In this document: positions 35,601-43,990 of the stretch, piece by piece
Layout of the letters: every line of letters begins with the position of its first letter
Position numbering within the stretch: the first letter of the stretch is position 1
DNA from: Diadema antillarum
Taxonomy: Eukaryota
Reading direction: 5' to 3'
Assembly (NCBI RefSeq): GCF_040938485.1
Contig: NW_027271250.1
Span: forward strand, 1,302,001-1,366,000
DNA: 64,000 nucleotides
Notes under the pieces: model-generated
Told to the model about the DNA's origin: nothing
Seen by the model: the letters and a program-made list of their open reading frames with translations, nothing else
Database searches by the model: none
Made by a program: the position numbers and the translations under genes

Positions 35601-38600
35601 TTGAGACCTTTCCCTCTTTGGAGGACGACATTTTTCTCTCCTTGGATTTTTCCCTGCTTGATTCCTTGGAATCATCCTTTATCCCCTTGGAAGAAGAACC
35701 TTCAGACTCCCCAGACCTGTTCTTGCTAGATTCCTTAGACTTATTTCTGTCTCTTGAAGTTGAATCTTTGTCTTCTACAGACTTGCCCTTGCTAGATTCC
35801 TCCGAGTCATTCATATGACCTTTAGAAGATCCTTCACTTTCTGCAGACTTATCTTTATTTGATTCTTTTGAGTCAATCTCCCTCTCTTTGGATGATGAAA
35901 CTTTTTTCTCCTTGGATTTGTCCTTGCTTGATTCCTTGGAGTCATTCTTTCTCCCCTTGGAAGAAGAACCTTCAGACTCCCCAGACCCGTTCTTGCTAGA
36001 TTCCTTAGACTTATTTCTACTGTCTCTTGAAGTTGAATCTTTATCTTCTTTGGACTTGCCCTTGCTAGATTCATCTGAGTCATTCATATGATCTTTAGAA
36101 GCCCCTTTACTTTCTTTGGACTTGTCTTTGCTTGATGCTTTTGAGTCATTCTCCTGCTCTTTGGAGGATGAAACTTTTTTCTCCTTGGATTTGTCCTTGC
36201 TTGATTCCTTGGAGTCATTCTTTCTGCCTTTGGAAGAAGAACCTTCAGACTCCCTTGACGTGTCCTTGTTAGATTCCTTAGAGATATTCTTACTGCCTTT
36301 GGATGAAGAACCTTTACCTTCCTTAGACTTGTACTTGCTTGATTCCTTCGAGTCATTCTTTCTCCCTTTGGAAGATGAACCTCTATCCTCCTTCGAGCCT
36401 TCCTTATCATGAGAACTGCTTTTGCTATGTTTACTTTCATTTGAGTCAATGTTGCTCTCACTGCTTTTGCCTCGTTTTTCGATCAATGATATAAGATTTG
36501 AGGGTTCAGCATCTAGATTTAAACAGACATATCATGACAAACATATGGAATTATTAAATGATTTAGAGTGATGTAATTCTTTGAACTTAGCATATCCTTT
36601 CAAAAGATATCTAAAGGCACCATCTTCCCTATATATATTTTTTTTCATTTTCAATGCAATATACTAGAAATACCCAAGGGGCATAACCTTATTCATAGTG
36701 GCACTACAAACTCTATTTATATCAGGATATGAAATTAGTACTTTGGTGTTGAGCAAATGCCATATAAAGTATTAATCAAATATCTATTTTCCAACACAAA
36801 ACATAGTATGGTTTTCGATAATAATTTGAACAGAGAATCTATGCATGAAATAGCATTTGTAGCTGACCTTAAAGTGAATTATCTTAAATAGAACTCCAGT
36901 ACATCTGTGTCTAGATATTTTTGTTGTTTCATTTTTTATATTTGTAATTTCTATGGGCTGACGGCATCATGATTGTCTCTCAAGAATGAAAATATACAAA
37001 AACTGAGCATTGATATGAAATTGCTAGTGTGAATGATAAAATGTCTAAAATGCTGAATTTTTAACTATATGAAGACACTGCCATTACATTTTGTAAAAAC
37101 ATAATGAGCCACATGACATACAAAGCTTGGGGTGTGGTAACGTTTACGTGAGAATAAAACCTTACATGCATGTGGGCGTCTGTGTATGTATTGAACTTTG
37201 GTTAGATAATTTAAAGTAGCAATCATCAAAATAATATTTATACATCATGTAATGTACATCCTTGTGATAAAATTCTGCTTTGTCTTGTTTCATACTGAAT
37301 TCCAAAATCCCCATAGACTTAATACATGGGCCACCAGGTTTCCGTATGGAATGGGTTAAGAAACAAATAGAGAACAGCAGATTCAACAATTTTGAGATGA
37401 ACACCACGGGAACTAACACTTAACCAAAAGGGGGAAGTATGCATATTGGGTTTATAATGACTAGTAAGCAGATGATTGAAATGAAATAAGAGGGTTCAAG
37501 AGGGAAAAAGGTTAAGAGAAATAAGAGGGCAAAGGGAAGAGAGAAAGAGGATGAGAAAGAGGGAGAAAGAGAGGGAGAGAGATATGTGACTGGACACAAA
37601 AAATAAAAAGAATGCCAGTTTAGGATACACAAGGAAAACAATTAGCACAGTGGGAAAAGTAATAGCAGTTAAGAACAAAATACATGAAATAGAATATGGG
37701 AGGGTGTAATACACACAGACATTCTACATGTAACATAAAGGCTGAAACTAGAGAAGAAAGTAAACCTAGGGTATCAATATCTTAAAAAAACAAAAACAAA
37801 AGAGCAAAACAAAAAACCAAAGCACTGAACTGTCACAGTAAGACATCCAAGCTGTTGCAGATCTAATATTGACAGAGCTGCCACCTTTCTGCCTGTTTTT
37901 CATTCAAAGGTCTTCAGCCATACTACTTAATTAAATCTTGGATACAGTACACACAGTGTTTACTTACTCAATGGCTGATGTGCAAATATTGATAATTAGA
38001 TTTTGGTAGTAATTATAGGTCAAGGTCATTTCTCCTGGTCCTGTCTATTTTGGTAAATTAAAGATTATTGTAAGCTAAGCTTTTGACCACTGATTTAAAC
38101 TCAACACAAAGGAAAGGCCAGGAGACATATTAGTTTATGGGGATACATGACTTTAATACCAAAATTGTTCCAATCAACCCTCAAGAATGTACAGAAATGC
38201 AAACTCACATGTCAGAAATGCCAAGGACATGATGATGAATAATGTTTCTACAACTTCCATTTAACATTAAAATGGCACAAACAAACAACTTTTTTTTTTT
38301 CAGTCAAATTCAGTGTTCTTGCCCTGGAATCAGAATTTCTGTCATTGGAACAGGGGCAGCCAGTTTGTGTACAAGGTCAATGTTATCTTGAGTTGGTGTT
38401 GCTTAAAGGGTTCAAGAATGGACAGGCAAGCTTTCCAGTATCAATTACTAAATCTGCATCAGTCATGAATGCCTTTAGTACTGACAGCTTGCTGGATGAC
38501 CACCATAAAGACAAAAATATATAATTTGTGGATAGTATTTACCAAAGATTATCTACTTGTTTGTGTTTGGAAGCATCAGGCCTCTCATTTGTTATGTCTA

Positions 38601-41600
38601 CTCTCATAGATGTCTACTCTTAATAATCACACATTAGTTTCTTTCAGGAGAGGTATATTCTCCACTCAACGTTTAATTTCCTCATCACTGTTTATCACAT
38701 TACTGCTGTTTCAAAAACCTTTACATCCTTTTTTTATTTTGGTAATTGCTTACACTTAAACATGGAATATAAGTTTCTGCAGTAGTAGTCAAAAATCTAA
38801 TCTAAAAATGTACATAATGGAAAGATCATTTGGCAGTGTAAAATCTGTTTCTCTTTTTGGGCACTACAATGATATGACAGAAAATAGGACAGATGATATA
38901 GAAGTCACAAATACATTTATATTGGACATCAATCTACCCCAATGATCCCTACACCATACAGAATCACTACATCACTGTGATGGTTGTTCCTGCATTGTTT
39001 AATATACAGGCTTACTATTCCATTTGTTTGCAAAGGAAAGTGATATGCTATCACAGACATGTAAAAGAGGAAACTGCTCTGTGAAGCTCAAAATGTTTAT
39101 TCAGAAAAAAGGATGAATAAAAAAGATGGAGATTGAAATCATGAAATTATGAATACAAAAATGGCAACAGAATGTAAATTGTGCAGACAGATAGAATGGT
39201 AGGTTAGTTATCCACAGCTGCCCTCTGCACCTACATGGTACACACCATACAATGCTGAATGAAAAAATGATAGTTCTTGAATTACACTCTTAAAGTGCAA
39301 TGTAATAATTTACGCTTAAGACATACTTCACCTAAATGGATCTGATTTACATCGTAACCTCTGTTGACTATTTAAAGTGCAAATTTGATTACAAGTAAGG
39401 AAAATGGAAGGCACAGAAAAGCATTCTAGGTAAAATATTCTGTTGTCCTACAGATTTAGCACAGAAGATAATTACACAGCTGCTGTATCATTCCAAGTTG
39501 AGCTGTGAGAACTCTTATCAGCTTGCTATCTTCAGTGTTGACATGGCAACTCACCATCGTCATGGTGATCACCTTCCTGGCCTCCACTCCTCTTCTTGAC
39601 ACTGAAGAGCTCTTCCTTCATGGCCCCAGAAAGCACATCTAAAAAATCACAGAAGTAAGAGGTGTAGGAACAGGTGACATTAATATGTGAACTCACATGC
39701 TTTCTTATATAACAAAACTCATACAAAACTGCACAAGTCAATTTCCAAGCAGACCTCAAAATATGCATTCTGGGGCACCAATGTTAATTTCTGAATGTTT
39801 GTATTTTCTGAGTTAATGGTCCTTCCTCTATACAAATTCGAAATTTGGAAGCACAAAGCTTAATGAAAGTACAAGATTTTGTTTGTTTGTTTATTTATTT
39901 GTTTTTGCAGACACTATTTTTTTTTCTTTATGGTGTTTTCTTCATTGCTCATGCAGGAGGCACACGAAAGTGTACATGATGAATCTACACAAACTCTGTC
40001 ATAATAAAAACGGGAAATTCATTCTTGGCAGTCGTCATAGATACCTAATAAACAAAGTGGTCCTAATGAAAAGTGGGACCCATCTTCTAATAGGACCTAC
40101 AATATTTGGGCCACTTTGCTTTGCTTTGTGTTCAGATATCTCAGCCAATTCAAAACCGATTTTCCCTTTAATTCCATCCTTATGCCATTGCACGACATCT
40201 TGTCATCAGCTCTTGACCTTCAAGACTAACCTTAAATTTGCTTGGTCCTAAAATGAAACCAGTAAAATGCTTCATCAGTTTGTGATTGTACTAAGCTTTG
40301 AGTGAAACTTAGTAATTCTTAATCTTTCCTCTAAATCATCCTTAATTGCAACTTATATAAAATATTGCCATATCATATAACTTTGTATATACGACTCAGC
40401 TTCATCAAAGAACATCATACATTGTAACTAAATTTGATGAAAATCTAAACATTGTTTAATGGTCATGCCCATTACATATGAATTGTACACAGTTCTTTAT
40501 TTCATGTTCTGTTGGGCTACATTCCTTGGGAAGTGATGAGCAGGCAATTTACTACACATTTCACTAGGTAATCATTCAAAACATTACAAAACACTCTTTA
40601 CATCTGCATTCACACTTCGTCTAAAACTTTACATTAATTCAGTCGTACTTTACATGTGCACCCCATTTTCAAGATGCAAGCAGTCATTTGCACTCATTAT
40701 TTCTTAGTAGAGAAGACTTAATACGATTTGCAGTTGGAGGGAAATGACAATCAAATACAGTTTTAACAGCTCTCCAAAACTCTAAGCTCCAAAACTAGTT
40801 TAAAGTAAATGATTGGGTTCAACTTCACCCACAAACACAGACTACTGACATTTTCAAATTAGAGTATGACTAAGAAGGATTCCTGCCATCTTGGCCAGAG
40901 CAATGCACTAAAAACTTTTGGCCCCTTCTCACCTGTAAAGTACTGGCATCTTGCCCCCTGGAATCCAGCTGGACAGGCGCACTGCTCGGGGGCCACACAT
41001 GTCCCACCGTTAGCACAGCCCAAGGTACACACAGCTGGATTGACACAAGAAAATGTATATATGTGAATAAGGCAATAATAATGTATACATTGCAAATATA
41101 CACACAACTATAATTCAAAGATATGTATGTATGTATGTTTGTATGTATGTTTGTATGTTTGTACAAAGTATGTATGTATGTGCATATGTATGTATATATG
41201 TATGTATGGAAACACCCAGAGGATAAAAGTCCATCAGAAGAGTTGATGTCATATATCTACCATACTGAAAACAAATTAACAGCATAGACTTTGCTTTTCT
41301 TCACAGATAACCAATTACTGTCACTTGAAATCAACTAGAACTTCATCAGAAAATGTAAAATTTTACCTGAATAATTATCACAAACTGTAAACATCAAGAA
41401 ATTGTTTTTAGATCTGGCAGATCAATTGTACATAAACAATTCAGTAAAATGCATGGAATCATGTCATCTCAAAACCTACTGCATGCAGGTTCTGAGACAG
41501 GTGTGACATTAATTTTGCTCCTGATTAAAAATAATAACAATAATAATAATAATAAAGAAATTTCATATTTTTATATGATTATTGAGAAAAACTTGGTCTT

Positions 41601-43990
41601 TTAAACCTCATACCAACAGTTGTTTATATATATTCAATAAAAAAAATGGTGAAATGAAGTGGAAAAAACAAATCTTTATCTTCAAGGGACAATACAGTTT
41701 TGGTTGAGATGGGGAATTCAAATTTGAACTTTTTGCGAGATAATCAGAAACCACTTATGAAATGTGAAAAAGCATACAATTCTAAGAGGAATTCAAAGTT
41801 TATTTGACAAAGATCCCTTTTGAAATGGCTGAGATATCCAAAAACAAATAAAAAACAAATTTGTCCTAATAAAAGGTGGGTTCCACCTTTTGTTAAGACC
41901 TCTTGGCTCTTGATATATCTCATTCATGTCAAAACTGATTTTCACCAAATAAACTTTGAATTTCTTTTCGAATGGTATGCTCTTTCATATATTCATAAGA
42001 TGTTTATTCATTATCTCATTCAAGAGTTTGAAACCTGAAGCCCCATCTCAACCGAAACTATATCACCCCATTAAGTGGGTCCCCAAAACATGCAGAGGTT
42101 TACGCATTCAAGTGAGTGAGCAGATGTACCTTCATCACAGAGGGATCCCTGGTAACCTGAGCAGCACTCTACAGTTGGGACAATAGTCTCCTTCTGACCA
42201 GTCCTATTCACAGGGGGCAATGGACAATACATGATATCATTTCATGACTTTTTATCAAATACCAGCCACTGACTGGACAAGCATGATGATCATGTGATGA
42301 TGAAACATCTGATATCAAATAATAGAACAATGATATCACAGTGCAATTGATGTAACACATACTTTAGTCCATGCAATGCTGAAAAAAAAGATGATAAATT
42401 AGAAAAAAAAAATCAAACAACCAGAGCCCCAGCAAGGTTAAAGATGTATAGCATTTCAATCATTCAAATGTGACATTCTGCAGACTCCCTCCCCCACCAG
42501 ATTATATCAACTGGCGCTATTTACATCTACTCTATGATAATCCCAGTAGGGTGTTCACTTCTAAAAACATAGTCTATTATGGAAAGAAATACAATTTATA
42601 AGACAATGAAAATCCAAAGCCTGGTAGAATGAAGAAAAATATAATGTTATCTTTTCAAATTTATGGGCATCTCCAAAGAGTCGGGGCCCTGCAACATAAA
42701 GTGACCTGTAAGTAATCCTCTAATACTTCATTCCAGCTATTTATTTGGGCAGTGGCAATTGATCAACAGTTTTCCATGTAAAGACTTCAGATACATATTC
42801 AATAATCTCTGCTCGAAACATCTAGTATTGAGGGAGGGATGTGCTGGATAACGCTTACCGCATGACTGGACAGAGGGTCACCCCGTCCACTTCATATGGG
42901 GTTGTGTCCTTGTCCAGGATCCAGCCCTCAGATTTGACCTTGGGGTCACGGAGGTCACTGCAGGGTAAGAGGCTGCGCTCGGTCACTTCCTGCTGGACCT
43001 TCTTGGAGCCTTCACAGAATCGCGACCTGGACAAAATATAGAATCCAGTATGGATGCCAGTCATTCCAGACAAGGCTCATTGGATGTCATGAGCTAATAA
43101 TAATAATGATATAATACCTACAATTTTTATAGTGCCATTTTCCACTCTGATTAAATGCTCAAAGTGCTTTACACCAAAGCAAAAAGACTGACAATATATA
43201 CACCATAAAAGAAGATGAAAAAGAAGACATGAAAGTCTGTCTTCAAAACACACTGTCAAACAAATAGGATTTTAGAAGGGAAAGATTGCTTCTTTTTTTG
43301 TTTTCATGGAGATATGTAATCAAATCTCAATCATTTCACTACTCTCTACTACCAGTAAAAAACAGCTAAAGTCAGGTAATTGATTGTTTTGGCCAAAGTC
43401 TTCATAGTTTAAAAGAATGAATGATAACAAGCAGAAATTGGGGAGTACATACCTTTACCTCAATGTTCAATATGAAACATGTGACTTTCAGCTCTTACAC
43501 ATTCTTGATAGCTGGATTACATTCATACTTCCCAAAGGTCTTGCTACAAGCAGTGCACCAATTTGACAGCTAATAATATAAATAGATGTACTGCATAAGC
43601 TGTCATTTATGCATATAGATATTTTTGCGAATGAGGAGGTTACAGATATTTTCACGAGATGTTGTTTTCGCAAATTGACACCGAGGCTATTGTAAGTGCA
43701 CTATTACCCCAGCGCACGGTGACACTTTTCGTGTGTTGTTACTTTCGCGGTCCAACAGTGATTCGCAAAATTCGCAAAAAATTATACCCTCATGAAATTA
43801 ACAGCTTATTCAGTATTTACCATAGTTACTGATATATCGCTAAATTCTGTAAGAACTGCATTAATCAGTGGAAATCACAAAATCAAAGTCATCCAAGAAC
43901 AGACACTTACTCTGCCTGAGCTTGTGGGTGATATCCTCCTAGGACCAGCATGGCGATGGCCACTGGTACACACCATTGCAGGAAGGACAT
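1..43990 (-). CDS. SSPO: SCO-spondin-like secreted glycoprotein gene, 31 exons in window, 3' end outside window (SP-EMI-EGF-SK-rich block-3x vWD/C8/TIL-5x LDLa-PTS mucin)
   Basis: Exons 1-30 total 7468 nt with canonical GT/AG and consistent phase at every junction. Diagnostic matches to vertebrate SCO-spondin recalled from memory: [92 protein letters not shown], an N-terminal EMI domain and LDLa repeats after D3. Corrected ORF would exceed 4300 aa; as assembled it stops at 2867 (~3412 aa). Confidence 0.85.
6720..6869 (-). CDS. SSPO: SSPO-like exon 30 (LDLa 4)
   Basis: [49 protein letters not shown]. Confidence 0.92.
7525..7647 (-). CDS. SSPO: SSPO-like exon 29 (LDLa 3)
   Basis: [39 protein letters not shown]. 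Confidence 0.92.
7824..7928. repeat. DIRS 3' terminal repeat (ITR core plus terminal extension)
   Basis: tcacagtgagagcccgctcaacgcgcgcgcagtcata pairs with 12755-12791; the outer 75 bp pair with the ICR. Confidence 0.93.
8040..8156. repeat. DIRS internal complementary region (ICR)
   Basis: 8040-8114 is the perfect reverse complement of 7824-7898; 8119-8156 is the perfect reverse complement of 12781-12818; the two halves meet in a T11 run. Confidence 0.95.
8255..9238 (-). CDS. DIRS ORF3, tyrosine recombinase (327 aa)
   Basis: Catalytic R (STQRV), K (HLKQ), HxxR (AHSTRA), W (AGWS), Y (KFYDKP); N-terminal SAM-like [12 protein letters not shown]; overlaps end of ORF2 by 16 nt. Confidence 0.95.
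   Translation of the reverse strand: MLQVLKLPFENSGMSSRTVDILAASWRASTQRQYCTYIRKWRKFCTLKKESHLHAKINFVLEFFTHMFYEENLSYSAINSARSALATFLVLEDEQFTVSTHPLLSRFMRGVFQLRPPRPRYSEIWDVNIVFRYLRSLAPANSLSLKQLTMKLCMLLALISTQRVQTLHCLNLDSMILKQSMVSFKVNEHLKQSRPGNFGLDVLLKAYPPDRRLCVVTYIKAYLRRTKEIRGEESHLFISFRKPFKRVTAQTISRWIKEIMTGAGIDTTMFSAHSTRAASSSAANRADAPIPLILAKAGWSKERTFRKFYDKPLQEEGQCLSQLIVRE
9223..11475 (-). CDS. DIRS ORF2, reverse transcriptase-RNase H-methyltransferase-like (open frame 751 codons, no upstream ATG)
   Basis: PVGGRLRHF leader; RT motifs IDLRDAY, LPNGL, YLDD; RNase H TDAS, INYLE, TDN, NTEADR; MT-like IDLFAS and YAFPPF. The ORF-track start at 11088 is a TTG; I traced the frame open upstream to a TAA at 11476-11478. 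Confidence 0.93.
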   Translation of the reverse strand, partial: EIYSSAVPPIQAHGQRWIQPEAISERRLARSWRYIQAFFRPAAAGIQTFSPAHADSPTSSSCAQPGAELLDSNPSQAKHCVTEKVTALPKEVSCRPSSCCGNTQSTHTVQSVFDIEHVDVPLDLPVGGRLRHFSKQWNHITTDPFILDAISGYKLEFQEVYSPPHRGKPPYHYRVGNAEESKIDIEIRKLAEKGVIEECQHVAGEFVSNIFTRPKKNGDIRLILDLSDLNDSLNVQHFKMDNIHTATTLISPGCYLASIDLRDAYYSVPVHPSYRKYLRFVWHEKCWQFKVLPNGLSTAPRLFTKLMKPVFAKLRQAGHLVVGYLDDTLIIGETESQALEAVQATTKLLSDLGFVIHSEKSILKPQQRLQFLGFILDSESMTITLPHEKCQNIRAVCAELLGKQNPTIRQVAQVIGKLIATFPAIQYGPLFYRNLERDKILALKSSKGHFDRPMNLSEASKQELMWWFNNIHCQSAPISRDRPALELRTDASGQGWGATDLSNETGGRWDDQEIVHALNNEINYLEILAAGLGLKSFCGHLHDTHVLIRTDNTTAVAYLNNMGGIKSRACDRAARDIWVWCKERNIWITAAYLPGRDNTEADRRSRHFNDRTEWMLNKKVFTDITKKCGTPQIDLFASRLNKQLPAYVTWLPDPDAVSVDAFTLNWGDLYFYAFPPFCLIPKCLQKIENDKAHGLLIVPNWPTQAWFPRMRRMLKDEPLLIPRHRNLITQPVSGEPHPLHACLDLLCCRF
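11220..12569 (-). CDS. DIRS ORF1, Gag-like protein (449 aa)
   Basis: ATG at 12569; motif [35 protein letters not shown] and LFGDDL as in DIRS1-like gag proteins; first ORF of the element. Confidence 0.88.
   Translation of the reverse strand: MEIPLSAPPQHTAKPVVGGTTSTSALHTAKSVVAMVTTAVHHEPKCSPASIKAPTKKEGNGKTLKKPTKPGLSKKAAPPKEKTDAEVLSRLSELESMFEKVMEILPSQPTRIQQQQLRAGHVGTACTAENHGGVPFGGMDVCATDDSTQARGTLHDDHGGSSYSGDECDFPAAAAGYAPAELTGRPVQVPSFAAKFAVSACVGDPINDELANSTNYLISHCLEEKSMEESAANYPAPSNCPNLLVPKVNPVIWDNVTQTTRSRDVKLQRVQKSLTRGLCAFLQTLPTDLNEAQQDALALLCNANYEMNCLRKELIKPDMNAAYAHLCKPTTPVTAFLFGDDLGQRVKDLKEENRAAFSVVKGQAKRSTHQPYHPYKRTASGGFSRKQYRNAGWLAAGDTSRPFLGQQQRGYRHSAPHTQTRPPPAHAHNRGQSYSTATPAKPNTVSRRK
12755..12818. 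repeat. DIRS 5' terminal repeat (terminal extension plus ITR core)
   Basis: Complementary to 7892-7928 and to 8119-8156. Confidence 0.93.
13634..13750 (-). CDS. SSPO: SSPO-like exon 28 (LDLa 2)
   Basis: [38 protein letters not shown]. Confidence 0.92.
14122..14345. mobile_element. Partial MITE (same family as 41684-42072)
   Basis: Shares tacagttttggttgagatgggg terminus and internal sequence with 41684-41880. Confidence 0.75.
14944..15054 (-). CDS. SSPO: SSPO-like exon 27 (LDLa 1)
   Basis: [36 protein letters not shown]. Confidence 0.92.
15569..15615 (-). CDS. SSPO: SSPO-like exon 26 (47-nt micro-exon)
   Basis: [15 protein letters not shown]; ctttttcag|C and G|gtagga. Confidence 0.85.
16166..16259 (-). 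CDS. SSPO: SSPO-like exon 25
   Basis: [30 protein letters not shown]; phases 1/2. Confidence 0.88.
16765..16905 (-). CDS. SSPO: SSPO-like exon 24 (TIL)
   Basis: [20 protein letters not shown]...[14 protein letters not shown]. Confidence 0.9.
17447..17556 (-). CDS. SSPO: SSPO-like exon 23 (C8)
   Basis: [36 protein letters not shown]. Confidence 0.92.
18320..18484. mobile_element. 165-bp non-autonomous DNA element with CAGGG termini and 7-bp TSD
   Basis: TIR cagggctc(c/g)acactaac; cctactg duplicated on both sides; internal ttttggtggccc repeats. Confidence 0.85.
18686..18813 (-). CDS. SSPO: SSPO-like exon 22 (C8)
   Basis: [42 protein letters not shown]. Confidence 0.9.
19515..19717 (-). CDS. 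SSPO: SSPO-like exon 21 (vWD3 end)
   Basis: [30 protein letters not shown]...[12 protein letters not shown]...HPCR. Confidence 0.92.
20270..20611 (-). CDS. SSPO: SSPO-like exon 20 (vWD3)
   Basis: [28 protein letters not shown]...[16 protein letters not shown]...GLELLWDG. Confidence 0.92.
21322..21368 (-). CDS. SSPO: SSPO-like exon 19 (47-nt micro-exon)
   Basis: [15 protein letters not shown]; ctctag|C and G|gtaatc; phases 2/1 close the frame. Confidence 0.85.
21674..21822. repeat. Fold-back (nested inverted repeats) in a CpG-richer insert
   Basis: acaaatgatgcacaggat / atcctgtgcatcatttgt, ttagtgtaggcgtag / ctacgcctccactaa, ggtatttacaat / attgtaaatacc. Confidence 0.75.
22941..23038 (-). CDS. 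SSPO: SSPO-like exon 18
   Basis: [32 protein letters not shown]; phases 0/2. Confidence 0.88.
23379..23572. mobile_element. TA-flanked MITE (TACTGTA...TACAGTA family)
   Basis: TIR tactgtaaaaccagaaa / tttctggttttatagta. Confidence 0.8.
23740..23929 (-). CDS. SSPO: SSPO-like exon 17 (TIL)
   Basis: [26 protein letters not shown]...CPLTCES...[11 protein letters not shown]. Confidence 0.9.
24440..24677 (-). CDS. SSPO: SSPO-like exon 16 (TIL)
   Basis: [20 protein letters not shown]...[27 protein letters not shown]. Confidence 0.9.
25247..25655 (-). CDS. SSPO: SSPO-like exon 15 (vWD2 end and C8)
   Basis: [34 protein letters not shown]...CLYDVCGC...[13 protein letters not shown]. Confidence 0.92.
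26562..26867 (-). CDS. SSPO: SSPO-like exon 14 (vWD2)
   Basis: [16 protein letters not shown]...[12 protein letters not shown]...[22 protein letters not shown]; phases 0/0. Confidence 0.9.
27326..27464 (-). CDS. SSPO: SSPO-like exon 13 (start of vWD2, GDPH motif)
   Basis: [46 protein letters not shown]. Confidence 0.9.
28098..28341 (-). CDS. SSPO: SSPO-like exon 12 (TIL)
   Basis: [20 protein letters not shown]...[26 protein letters not shown]. Confidence 0.9.
28964..29126 (-). CDS. SSPO: SSPO-like exon 11 (C8)
   Basis: [18 protein letters not shown]...[27 protein letters not shown]. Confidence 0.9.
29725..29844 (-). CDS. SSPO: SSPO-like exon 10 (C8)
   Basis: [40 protein letters not shown]; an alternative acceptor 9 nt downstream is possible. 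Confidence 0.75.
30521..30603 (-). CDS. SSPO: SSPO-like exon 9 (vWD1 end)
   Basis: [27 protein letters not shown]; phases 1/0. Confidence 0.85.
31857..32015 (-). CDS. SSPO: SSPO-like exon 8 (vWD1)
   Basis: [52 protein letters not shown]; phases 1/1. Confidence 0.9.
32668..32767 (-). CDS. SSPO: SSPO-like exon 7 (vWD1)
   Basis: [33 protein letters not shown]; phases 0/1. Confidence 0.85.
33415..36512 (-). CDS. SSPO: SSPO-like exon 6 (3098 nt: Ser/Lys/Glu-rich repeats, Pro/Thr linker, start of vWD1)
   Basis: Open for 1032 codons; acceptor tttaaatctag|AT, donor AAG|gtaagt; ends [16 protein letters not shown]...STCFK. Confidence 0.9.
33950..36470 (-). repeat. Coding tandem repeat: ~270/273-bp (90/91-aa) Ser/Lys/Glu-rich units
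   Basis: Homologous positions at 35171, 35444, 35714 and 35984 (273, 270, 270 bp); sub-repeat SKESSK(D/G)K. Confidence 0.92.
39555..39638 (-). CDS. SSPO: SSPO-like exon 5 (short linker with KKR)
   Basis: tttttag|AT...G|gtgagt; [27 protein letters not shown]; symmetric phase 1, so skippable. Confidence 0.6.
40933..41034 (-). CDS. SSPO: SSPO-like exon 4 (EGF-like domain)
   Basis: [33 protein letters not shown]; phases 1/1. Confidence 0.85.
41121..41210. repeat. (TATG)n microsatellite
   Basis: Imperfect tatg/tttg run. Confidence 0.9.
41684..42072. mobile_element. ~390-bp MITE with long imperfect TIRs, TTAA-like ends
   Basis: tacagttttggttgagatgggg / ccccatctcaaccgaaactata; related fragments at 14122-14345 and ~40050-40260. 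Confidence 0.8.
42130..42203 (-). CDS. SSPO: SSPO-like exon 3 (EMI domain, C-part)
   Basis: [24 protein letters not shown] (EMI CC-x-G-Y-x-G-x-x-C motif); phases 2/1. Confidence 0.85.
42859..43026 (-). CDS. SSPO: SSPO-like exon 2 (EMI domain, N-part)
   Basis: [25 protein letters not shown]...GWILD...LCPVM; cag|G and CG|gtaagc. Confidence 0.85.
43589..43815. mobile_element. TA-flanked MITE in SSPO intron 1
   Basis: TIR tactgcataagctgtcattt / aaattaacagcttattcagta; internal ttcgcg-type motifs. Confidence 0.8.
43911..43990 (-). CDS. SSPO: SSPO-like exon 1 (start codon, signal peptide)
   Basis: [26 protein letters not shown](E), hydrophobic core and AQA cleavage motif; donor GA|GTAAGT, phase 2 fits exon 2. 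Confidence 0.8.

Noticed and set aside
34001-35818. 605-aa plus-strand ORF (LLDS/LEEE repeats)
   Set aside because: It is the codon-aligned antisense of the SK-rich exon; S/K/E codons give few antisense stops. No splice context or independent features.
1-43990. Calling the gene MUC2/MUC5, vWF or otogelin
   Set aside because: The N-terminal EMI domain, LDLa repeats after D3, xGLCG motifs and residue-level similarity fit SCO-spondin better.
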